Below are positions 45,401 to 53,382 of a stretch of DNA of 64,000 nt, in pieces (the stretch's first letter is position 1; every line of letters begins with the position of its first letter). The stretch covers positions 22 through 64,021 of the forward strand of contig JAZDPK010000048.1 of NCBI GenBank assembly GCA_043797615.1, written 5' to 3'. A model generated the notes under the pieces. The model did no database searches. It saw only the letters and a list, made by a program, of their open reading frames with translations, and had not been told where the DNA came from. The translations under genes were made by a program, and so were the position numbers. The DNA comes from Parcubacteria group bacterium (GTDB lineage Bacteria > Patescibacteriota > Patescibacteriia > UBA11705 > JABHMO01).

Positions 45401-47449
45401 ATGAAACAAATTTTAAGCATCATAAAAGATTCGAATTACAGTTTTTCGTTGTTTGATCAGTCGCTGGTGGATGAATTGGAAAATAAAATAACGGTTAAAG
45501 ACGGAAAACCGTATGTTATTTGCGTTATCCGAGACAAGGAAATTGTGTTAAAACCGGAGGAAGTCGTCCGTCAGCTGTATGCAATGAAGTTGATTAAGGA
45601 ATATGGCTACCCGAAAAAGCGGATTCAGTTCGAGCATTCGATAAATTTCGGCCGAGAAATCAAATCCGCTGATATTGTTATTTTTGACAAAGATCGGCCG
45701 ACTGTCGAATATATTATTGTTGAGATAAAAAAACCGAAAATGCAAGACGGCAAGAATCAGCTGCGTTCATACACGAATGCGACCGGCGCTCCGATCGCGG
45801 TTTGGACGAATGGCGGTCAAATCTCGCATTACAATCGCAAAGATCCGAATTATTTCGAGGATATTACCGATATTCCAAAAGCCGATCAAACCCTTGAAGA
45901 CGTTTTGAAAGAAAAATTCACGCTGAAAGATTTGATAATCAAAGATAAGATTCCGAATGAGGGCAAATCGCTCAAAACGATCATTCAGGATTTAGAGGAT
46001 GAAGTTTTGGCAAATGCAGGCGTTGATGTTTTTGAAGAAGTATTTAAATTAATTTTTACCAAGCTTTACGATGAAATGCAAAGTAAAAATGATAAAATGA
46101 AGATTGATTTTTATTTAGAAAATGACTTGAGCGGAGAAAATAGGGGAAATTATGACGCGATAAAAGAATCTTTGAAAAAAATGGAGTACAGCCATTTTCG
46201 AGTTTTGGAATTCAGAAATACCGGACAATCCGAGGGAGAATTAAAAAAGAAAATTCAAAAGTTGTTCGATGAAGCCAAGGTGAAATGGCCGGGGGTCTTT
46301 GAAGAAGCCAGCCAAATTCAACTAACACCTTCGCATTTATCGATTTGCGTTTCCGGTTTACAAGATATCAAGCTTTTCAATTCCAACCTGCAAATTGTTG
46401 ACGAGGCTTTCGAATATTTAATCAATAAATCGTCCAAAGGTGAAAAGGGCCAGTATTTTACGCCGCGCCATGTGATCGACATGTGCGTGAAGATGCTCAA
46501 TCCGAAAGCAGGAGAATACATGATCGACACTGCCGCCGGTTCGTGCGGTTTCCCAGTTCATACAATATTCCAAATCACCGGCCATTTGTTTCAAAATACG
46601 GCGATATCCGATGAAGAAAAAGAAAATGTCTTGAAAATTTTTGGCATTGATTTCGATGAAAAAGCCGTGCGCGTCGCCCGCACTTTGAATTTGATCGCCG
46701 GCGACGGCAATACGAATGTTCTGCATTTGAATAATCTTGATTTCGAACGGTGGAATGAAACAATCAGCAATCGCAATTGGTTGGAAGTTTACGGTGCGGG
46801 TTTGAAAAGACTGGAAGCGTTGCGCAAAAATCCTGATTCATACAAAGAATTTAATTTTGATATCTTGATGGCCAATCCGCCATTTGCTGGGCCCATAAAG
46901 GAGCCGCGAATTATATATAAATATGATTTAGGGGTTAACGAAAAAGGAAAACGCAAGCCCAAAGTCGGCCGAGATATTTTATTTATCGAAAGAAATTTGA
47001 ATTTCTTGAAGCCGGGCGGCCGCATGGCGATAGTGTTGCCGCAGGGAAGATTTAATAACACATCCGATAAATACATTCGCGACTATATTTCCGAGAAGGC
47101 GAGAATTTTGGCGGTGGTGGGGTTGAATGTTAATACTTTCAAGCCGCATACCGGCACGAAAACAAGCGTTTTATTCGTGCAAAAATGGAATGACGACAAA
47201 TCAAAAGGTCCGCTCTGTCCGAAAGAAAAAGATTATCCGATTTTCTTTGCGGTTTCGGAAAAATCCGGCAAAGACAATTCCGGTGATTATGTATTTGTGA
47301 AAAATGAAAACGGCCAGAAAAAATTGGACAGGAATAGCCACTTGATAATCGATCACGACTTGCATAACCATGGCGGAGAATTGCCCGACGGCGTGGCGGA
47401 GAAGTTTATCGAGTGGGCGAAAAAAGAAAAATTAAGTTTTTGGAGATAA
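45401..47449 (+). CDS. hsdM: type I-like N6-adenine DNA methyltransferase with N-terminal HsdR_N-like (PD-(D/E)xK) domain
   Basis: 682 aa. N-terminus: SADIVIFDKDRPTVEYIIVEIKKPK...QLRSYTNATGAPIAVWTNGGQISHY. MTase: GQYFTPRHVI, IDTAAGSCGF, ILMANPPFAG. Confidence 0.85.
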   Translation: MKQILSIIKDSNYSFSLFDQSLVDELENKITVKDGKPYVICVIRDKEIVLKPEEVVRQLYAMKLIKEYGYPKKRIQFEHSINFGREIKSADIVIFDKDRPTVEYIIVEIKKPKMQDGKNQLRSYTNATGAPIAVWTNGGQISHYNRKDPNYFEDITDIPKADQTLEDVLKEKFTLKDLIIKDKIPNEGKSLKTIIQDLEDEVLANAGVDVFEEVFKLIFTKLYDEMQSKNDKMKIDFYLENDLSGENRGNYDAIKESLKKMEYSHFRVLEFRNTGQSEGELKKKIQKLFDEAKVKWPGVFEEASQIQLTPSHLSICVSGLQDIKLFNSNLQIVDEAFEYLINKSSKGEKGQYFTPRHVIDMCVKMLNPKAGEYMIDTAAGSCGFPVHTIFQITGHLFQNTAISDEEKENVLKIFGIDFDEKAVRVARTLNLIAGDGNTNVLHLNNLDFERWNETISNRNWLEVYGAGLKRLEALRKNPDSYKEFNFDILMANPPFAGPIKEPRIIYKYDLGVNEKGKRKPKVGRDILFIERNLNFLKPGGRMAIVLPQGRFNNTSDKYIRDYISEKARILAVVGLNVNTFKPHTGTKTSVLFVQKWNDDKSKGPLCPKEKDYPIFFAVSEKSGKDNSGDYVFVKNENGQKKLDRNSHLIIDHDLHNHGGELPDGVAEKFIEWAKKEKLSFWR

Positions 47450-47453
47450 AAAT

Positions 47454-48944
47454 ATGAATGACAGAGAAATAATAAAAATATTTTTAGACACACAAGAATG
47501 GCAAACATTCGAATGTAAAAGAGCCGCCATTAAACCATCCGATTTATTGGAAACTGTTGTCGGGTTTGCAAATTCGGATGGCGGATTTATTGTTATTGGT
47601 TTGGAAGATCCATTGAAGGTTCAAGGAGAGAAACGATTACTTGGTATCAGTGAAAATGCTGATAATGTCTCCGATTTCTTGAAATTAATTGACAAGGAAA
47701 TTGAACCGCCACTTATACTGTGGAGAAAATTTGAACTCGATATCAATAATACCCAAGGTTTGGCAGACAAACTTCTAGTGTTGGAAATAACAAAGAGCAA
47801 TGATGTTCACTCATTGAAAAAGGGGGATACTTTTGTAAGAAAAGGAAGACAGAATGTGAAAATCGGCTCAACAGAAATAATGCGCCTTAAATATGAAAAA
47901 GGAGCGATTAAGTTCGAGAGTGAAAAATCAGGGATTAATTCTCTCGAAAATATAGATGATTCTCTTTTGGCTCAATATAAAATAGACACATCAAGTACCG
48001 GCTTGGATGATTGGCAATTTTTAAAGGATAATGGGTTGGCGGTCGGAACTGTCAGCAAATACGAATTAACAAAAGCAGGCGTTTTGCTTTTTGGAATAAA
48101 TCCCTCCGTTGCATTAACGAGCAAGTGCGGAATAAAAATTTCTCATTATTACGGGACAAAGCCAACATATAGCGGAAAACCCAATTTCGTAAATCGTCCA
48201 TTTACCATAGAAGGTCCTTTAATGAAACAAATAGAACAAGCTATTGAATATTTCAGAAGCATTGTTAAGAATTCACCTCCGAAACTAAGCGGCGCTTCAT
48301 TTGCTCCAACTTTTTTGATTCCAGAATGGGCATTTCAAGAAGCGATAACAAATGCAGTGATTCATCGTAATTATTTCGTGCAGGACGATATTCAAGTTAG
48401 ATTTTTTGACGATCGAATGGAGGTTGAGAGCCCCGGCACATATCCCGGTCATATTACAGTTGAAAATATTAGAGCCGAACGATTTGCTCGTAATCCTCTG
48501 ATTTTACGCACCCTGAATCGTTTTCAAAAGGCTCCTAATCTTGATATTGGCGAGGGTGTTGACCGTATGTTTAAGGTAATGAAAGACAAAAATTTATACG
48601 AGCCATTATATTTCCCGCCGACCATAAGACCGAATACGGTTTTGTTATTGCTCTTAAATCTTCATAAAATTGAAGTTTGGGATACAGTAAGCAAATATTT
48701 AGATGAAAATTATAGAATAACTAACAAAAAAACGAGGGAAATAACCGGCGTTAATGATGTTCTTAAAATGTCTCGCTTATTGCGCAGTTGGGTTGAAAAA
48801 GGCCTTTTGGAAAAGATCGGAAAGGCAAAAAAAGACTGCTACTATCGCAAGCCAGGGCAAGAGGTTCCGAGAGGTTTATTTTCAAAGGGGGGTGATAATA
48901 AAGTTGAAAAGGGCAATAAGATCAATGATTTAGCCAAATTCTAA
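47454..48944 (+). CDS. AlbA_2 (Schlafen-like) + HATPase_c_4-like putative DNA-binding ATPase
   Basis: 496 aa. TFECKRAAIKPSDLLETVVGFANSDGGFIVIGLED (AlbA_2/divergent AAA-4 pattern). ITNAVIHRNYFVQDDIQVRFFDDRMEVESPGTYPG (HATPase_c_4 pattern). Confidence 0.7.
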   Translation: MNDREIIKIFLDTQEWQTFECKRAAIKPSDLLETVVGFANSDGGFIVIGLEDPLKVQGEKRLLGISENADNVSDFLKLIDKEIEPPLILWRKFELDINNTQGLADKLLVLEITKSNDVHSLKKGDTFVRKGRQNVKIGSTEIMRLKYEKGAIKFESEKSGINSLENIDDSLLAQYKIDTSSTGLDDWQFLKDNGLAVGTVSKYELTKAGVLLFGINPSVALTSKCGIKISHYYGTKPTYSGKPNFVNRPFTIEGPLMKQIEQAIEYFRSIVKNSPPKLSGASFAPTFLIPEWAFQEAITNAVIHRNYFVQDDIQVRFFDDRMEVESPGTYPGHITVENIRAERFARNPLILRTLNRFQKAPNLDIGEGVDRMFKVMKDKNLYEPLYFPPTIRPNTVLLLLLNLHKIEVWDTVSKYLDENYRITNKKTREITGVNDVLKMSRLLRSWVEKGLLEKIGKAKKDCYYRKPGQEVPRGLFSKGGDNKVEKGNKINDLAKF

Positions 48945-48971
48945 AGCCGTTATTTTCACGAGCCTGTTTTA

Positions 48972-49022
48972 CGTGTTGTTGAATGTGAAACGAAGAAAGA
49001 GAAATTAAGTTTTTGGAGATAA
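48972..49022 (+). repeat. diverged duplicate of the hsdM 3' end
   Basis: Translates RVVECETKKEKLSFWR*, against the hsdM end EWAKKEKLSFWR*. aaattaagtttttggagataaaa is identical to 47429-47451. Confidence 0.8.
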
Positions 49023-49025
49023 AAT

Positions 49026-49727
49026 ATGAAGCCAAAAGAGAATAGCATTATCCAAGGTATAATTAAAAAAGTAGAGGAAATAAAGATTGATTTTATAGGT
49101 ACTGATACGTATGTAGTAGGCGGTGCGCTTGAAAATAGATTTTTATTCAATAGATTAGTAGAGATTATAAAAAACAATCCCAGTATTGATAAACCAAACA
49201 TTTTTTTAGATTACATCAAAATAAATTATGTTACTACGATTATTGTCGCTATCTGCAGACAAATCGACGGAGATAAAGATTCCATAAGTTTAATAAATTT
49301 GCTCTATGAAATTTATAATAACGCAGAAAAAATAACAAAAAAATGGTTTGTAGCGTCATATAAAACAATAGGAATAGTTTATGGCAATCGTGCTTTTGAA
49401 GAAAATTTTGGCAACTTAAAGCATGTTGATCCCGCTATTATATATGCTGACATAGGCAATTTAATATTTTATACAAAGAAAATAAAAAAGTTTAGGAATA
49501 AAAGAGTGGCTCACTTAGACAAAAATAAAGAAATTAAATTTGATATTAATTTTGAGACATTGAACGACGCGATTGATTTAATGGAAAAAATTGTTAAAAA
49601 ATACTATCTATTATTAACTCAATGTGAAATGGATAAGTTATTGCCAGGAAATGTTTTATGTTTTAGAGATGATAGAAGTGACGAGGAAGACATCTTCTGT
49701 GTTCCATGGAAAAATTGTAAAAAATAA
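49026..49727 (+). CDS. hypothetical protein with HEPN-like RNxxxAH motif
   Basis: 233 aa, very AT-rich. FRNKRVAHLD at codons 156-165 (nt 49494-49514) fits Rx4-6H. Otherwise unrecognised. Confidence 0.6.
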   Translation: MKPKENSIIQGIIKKVEEIKIDFIGTDTYVVGGALENRFLFNRLVEIIKNNPSIDKPNIFLDYIKINYVTTIIVAICRQIDGDKDSISLINLLYEIYNNAEKITKKWFVASYKTIGIVYGNRAFEENFGNLKHVDPAIIYADIGNLIFYTKKIKKFRNKRVAHLDKNKEIKFDINFETLNDAIDLMEKIVKKYYLLLTQCEMDKLLPGNVLCFRDDRSDEEDIFCVPWKNCKK

Positions 49728-49758
49728 CTATGCAATATTCAGTCGTAAATTATAAAAT
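49724..49758 (+). repeat. duplicate of the hsdS 5' end (35-nt exact repeat with 50492-50526)
   Basis: aataactatgcaatattcagtcgtaaattataaaa occurs at both sites. The upstream copy opens a 17-codon stub, MQYSVVNYKMVKFKRAI*. Confidence 0.85.
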
Positions 49759-49779
49759 GGTAAAATTTAAAAGAGCAAT

Positions 49780-50496
49780 ATGAATGGAAATGAATTAGAA
49801 GAAAATGTAGAAAAAATGCTAAAAAATGATGGGTGGGAAATGACCTCAGAAGTTTTTTATACTGATCCGAATACGAAAAAGCCACGAGAGAAAGATATTA
49901 TTGCGCGGAAAAGTCAAAATACTAATAACTACGACGCTGTACTATTTGTTGAATGTAAATCGATACCAAAGGCCACGAGAATATACCCAAAAGGAAAGAT
50001 GGATGATGTCGCCAATACACTTTTTGCTTATCATATCCCTTTCGCAGATATTTCAGAGATTGAGAGACATAAGCAAACGCATTTTTATCAGAAATATTGT
50101 GAATTTTTTAAAACCAAGGATGATAAAGATTTTTTGCATGTCGCGATAAATCAGAATTTACAATCTTTCAGTGCTTTTAGGAAGGATAACAAAAAAGCAG
50201 CGGTTTATTATCTATTGGTGGTTTATGATGGTAACGTCTTTTACATTGATGATAATAGCCAACAACAAGATTGTCACGGCGCGCTTGTCAGAGTAGATAC
50301 ACTAGATAATACATTCAATTTAGTTAATAAAGGATGTTTTATTGAAATAGTTTCAATTTTAGATTTTGAAAACCTTTTGAAAAAGATAGAAGAGGACATA
50401 ACGCAAATTAATCAATCAGCTTTTTTTTATCGTGATATGCACCAAAAACACATTGCAAGCAATAGAAAAATAAATAAAACTAATAGATATGAATAA
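49780..50496 (+). CDS. PD-(D/E)xK nuclease-like hypothetical protein
   Basis: 238 aa. REKDIIARKSQNTNNYDAVLFVECKS gives D39...E58-x-K60 in the usual strand context. No other motif recognised. Confidence 0.55.
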   Translation: MNGNELEENVEKMLKNDGWEMTSEVFYTDPNTKKPREKDIIARKSQNTNNYDAVLFVECKSIPKATRIYPKGKMDDVANTLFAYHIPFADISEIERHKQTHFYQKYCEFFKTKDDKDFLHVAINQNLQSFSAFRKDNKKAAVYYLLVVYDGNVFYIDDNSQQQDCHGALVRVDTLDNTFNLVNKGCFIEIVSILDFENLLKKIEEDITQINQSAFFYRDMHQKHIASNRKINKTNRYE

Positions 50497-50498
50497 CT

Positions 50499-51920
50499 AT
50501 GCAATATTCAGTCGTAAATTATAAAACGGTTATAAAAGCAGATGATTTCCGTTGGGATGGAGAATTTTTATGTTTTGAACCGCATAAAAATAAAAATTAC
50601 CGATATTTTTCAATTGGAGAAATTTTAAAGTTCGCTCAATATGGAATTTCTATTGATATGAATGAATCAGGACAAGGATATAAAATATACAGAATGAATG
50701 AAATTTCAAATATGTTTTGCGATTTTGATGTGGATAAATATGCTGACATAAATGAGCAAGAAATGAAAAAATTTGAATTGAAAAACAACGACGTGGTATT
50801 TAATCGAACTAATTCGCAAGCATTTGTTGGAAGAACGGGAATATTCAGAAAGTTTTCTGACGAACCATTTGTTTTTGCTTCATATTTGGTTAGATTTAGA
50901 CCGGATCAAAAAAAAGTATTGCCAGAATATTTAACAACCTTTTTAAATACGAAATATGGAGTTCAAGATGTTCAAAGACGCGCAAGAATTTCAATAAATC
51001 AATCAAATGTGAGTGCTTCGGAATTGGAAAAAGTTGAAATGCCATTGCTATCAATCAATTTTCAAAACAAATTAATACCATTATTTGATAAATCTTTTCA
51101 TTCCATAGTTGAGTCAAAAAAATATTATTTTCAGGCAGAACAGTTGTTATTATCTGAAATAGGTTTGTCAAATTGGGTGCCGAAACAAGACCTTGTATTT
51201 ATAAAGAAATTTTCCGAAACAGAAAAGGCTGAGCGCATTGATGCGGAATATTTTCAACCGAAATATGAGGAGATTATCGATGCTGTAAAGAAATGTAAAA
51301 ATGGATTTGTGAAATTAGGTGAAGTTGCTAAAACAAAAAGAGGTTCGTTAATCTCTGATAATCTGTACCGCGAAGGCAAGGGGATTGGATATATTCGTGG
51401 AGCAGATTTTTCAAGTGGTTTTTTAAGCAATGATAAAATGATTTACATCGATGATTCATTTAAAAAAACAAATGAAACGAAAGTTAATCAAGGAGACATT
51501 GTTTTTGCGTTAATCGGAACGGTAGGATCGTCGGCTTTGGTTGAAAAAGATTTTGATGGAGCATTCATTTCTAACAATTTAGGAAAAATTTCAGTTAAAA
51601 ACTATAATTCAACAATTTTACAGGTTTTATTTCATTCTGTTGTTGGAAAAATGTACTTTGCGAAAGAACAAACCCAAACAGCTCAACCTAAAATCTCAGA
51701 TAAGGACATTTATGATTTTATCCTTCCTAAATTTGATAGCAAAACAGAAAAGGAAATAGAAAAATTATATTTTGATTCACAAAAAGCAAAACATTTGTTT
51801 AAATCTCTGCTTGAAATCGCCAAGCGGGTAGTGGAAATGGCGATTGAGAAAGACGAGAAAGAAGCGGAAAAATGGATTGATAAAGAATTGAAACAGCTGG
51901 ATGTTAAAATAACCAGTTAA
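50499..51920 (+). CDS. hsdS: type I restriction-modification specificity subunit
   Basis: 473 aa with a two-TRD layout and a helical C-terminal spacer. Blocks such as DVVFNRTNSQAFVGRTGIF and GDIVFALIGTVGSSALV are typical of HsdS. Confidence 0.85.
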   Translation: MQYSVVNYKTVIKADDFRWDGEFLCFEPHKNKNYRYFSIGEILKFAQYGISIDMNESGQGYKIYRMNEISNMFCDFDVDKYADINEQEMKKFELKNNDVVFNRTNSQAFVGRTGIFRKFSDEPFVFASYLVRFRPDQKKVLPEYLTTFLNTKYGVQDVQRRARISINQSNVSASELEKVEMPLLSINFQNKLIPLFDKSFHSIVESKKYYFQAEQLLLSEIGLSNWVPKQDLVFIKKFSETEKAERIDAEYFQPKYEEIIDAVKKCKNGFVKLGEVAKTKRGSLISDNLYREGKGIGYIRGADFSSGFLSNDKMIYIDDSFKKTNETKVNQGDIVFALIGTVGSSALVEKDFDGAFISNNLGKISVKNYNSTILQVLFHSVVGKMYFAKEQTQTAQPKISDKDIYDFILPKFDSKTEKEIEKLYFDSQKAKHLFKSLLEIAKRVVEMAIEKDEKEAEKWIDKELKQLDVKITS

Positions 51921-51949
51921 CAAGGAAACTTTATTATTACTTTTCCCTT

Positions 51950-53038
51950 ATGATAAAAATCATTTACATCATCGGCCGCCTGTCCGTCGGCGGCGCGGAA
52001 AAGCTGCTGCTGGATTTTTGCCGGAAAATAAACAAAGACGAATTCGACGTTTCCGTCGTAGTCCTGCAAAACGACAATCCGCTGGCGTCGCAATTCGAAG
52101 AAGCCGGAGTTAAACTGAAATTTTTTCACAAAAGAAGCAAGCGCGATTTCAAAGTCGTCAATCAATTGGCGGAATATTTGCAAACGGAAAAGCCGGACAT
52201 CGTGCACACCCATCTTTTTACCGCGGATTTTTTCGGCGGCAAGGCGGCGCTCAAGGCGAAAGTGCCGGTCATCATTTCAACGCGCCATCAGATCTTGAGC
52301 GAAGGCTTTCCGCGCAAGCAATTAAGCCGGCGCATGCGGCGCAAGTTTACGAAGGTGGTCGCGATTTCCGAAGCCGTGCGCTCCGCTTTAATCAAGGAAG
52401 AAAAACTACCGTTTGAAAAAGTCGAGCTGATATACAACGGCATCGACGTCAACCGATTTTATATCGAATCGCCGAAGCTTTTCAAAACCGACGGCTTGAA
52501 AATCTGTTCAGTCGGAAGATTGTCCAAGGAAAAAGGGCACAAACATCTGATCCGCGCCTGCTGTTTTCTTAAGAATAAAGATTGGCATCTGACGATCGTC
52601 GGAGACGGGCCGCTGCGCGCTGAATTGGCAAGCATGGCGCGCCTGCTCGGGGTCGAGGACAAGGTTAAATTCGCCGGCCTGGTCGAAGACGTGCGGCCTT
52701 ATTACGAAGATTGCGACATATTTGTTCTGCCTTCGACGAGCGAAGGGCTTAGCCTCGTGATTTTGGAAGCGGCCGCGGCCGGCAGAGTAGTGGTCGCAAC
52801 AAACGTCGGAGGAGTGGGCGAAATCATTAAAGACAATGAAAACGGCTTCTTATTCAAGCCGAAGAACATCGAGCAGCTGGTGCGCCAGATCAATTGGATC
52901 GACGAAAACCGCGAAGAAGCGAAGAAAATGGCCGAGCGCTTGCAAAAGGAAGCGGCGGAGAGATTCGACGTGAATGCGATTATTAAGAAATATGAAGAAC
53001 TTTATAAAAAATTGAAGAAAGAGGTGGTAAAGGTGTAA
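51950..53038 (+). CDS. glycosyltransferase, GT4 family
   Basis: 362 aa. GRLSVGGAEKLL at the N-terminus. FVLPSTSEGLSLVILEAAAAGRVVVATNVGGVGEII (the E-x7-E region). Confidence 0.85.
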   Translation: MIKIIYIIGRLSVGGAEKLLLDFCRKINKDEFDVSVVVLQNDNPLASQFEEAGVKLKFFHKRSKRDFKVVNQLAEYLQTEKPDIVHTHLFTADFFGGKAALKAKVPVIISTRHQILSEGFPRKQLSRRMRRKFTKVVAISEAVRSALIKEEKLPFEKVELIYNGIDVNRFYIESPKLFKTDGLKICSVGRLSKEKGHKHLIRACCFLKNKDWHLTIVGDGPLRAELASMARLLGVEDKVKFAGLVEDVRPYYEDCDIFVLPSTSEGLSLVILEAAAAGRVVVATNVGGVGEIIKDNENGFLFKPKNIEQLVRQINWIDENREEAKKMAERLQKEAAERFDVNAIIKKYEELYKKLKKEVVKV

Positions 53039-53164
53039 GAAGTGAAAACAAGGAGGGAGAAGGGGGCTAAAGGAGATTATGCAGAAGTGGGCAGAGTGGG
53101 AGAGGTGAGAAGGGTGGGAAAGGTGGAAAATAACTAATGAATATTATTCTGAAGCTAGTTAAGT

Positions 53165-53320
53165 TTATTTGCGAGCCCATGCCTGTAAGTTAATTCACGT
53201 TTAGAAGCATAGCGACGCAATCTTGGATTATTGTCTCAAGCGTTCATGATGGTCGCAAAGAAGATTGCTTCGCTGTCGTGAGAAAATATTCAATTTCGCT
53301 TGATATGGGTTCGCAAATAA
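53165..53320. repeat. TIR-bounded palindromic element, copy F3
   Basis: ttatttgcgag (53165-53175) against ttcgcaaataa (53310-53320). Nested pair agcgacgcaatcttgg / aagattgcttcgct. Confidence 0.65.
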
Positions 53321-53382
53321 AGACTTGGCTATTTCGCTTGAATACCGTGTTAATTAGTCATAGGTAATTTGTCATAAACTTT

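Noticed and set aside
53040-53135. Purine-rich stutter (gtgggag / gtgagaag words) as a possible coding low-complexity ORF or riboswitch
   Set aside because: No ORF is present and I recognise no conserved riboswitch core. It fits the general word-stutter spacer pattern seen also at 41040-41120 and 60095-60180.
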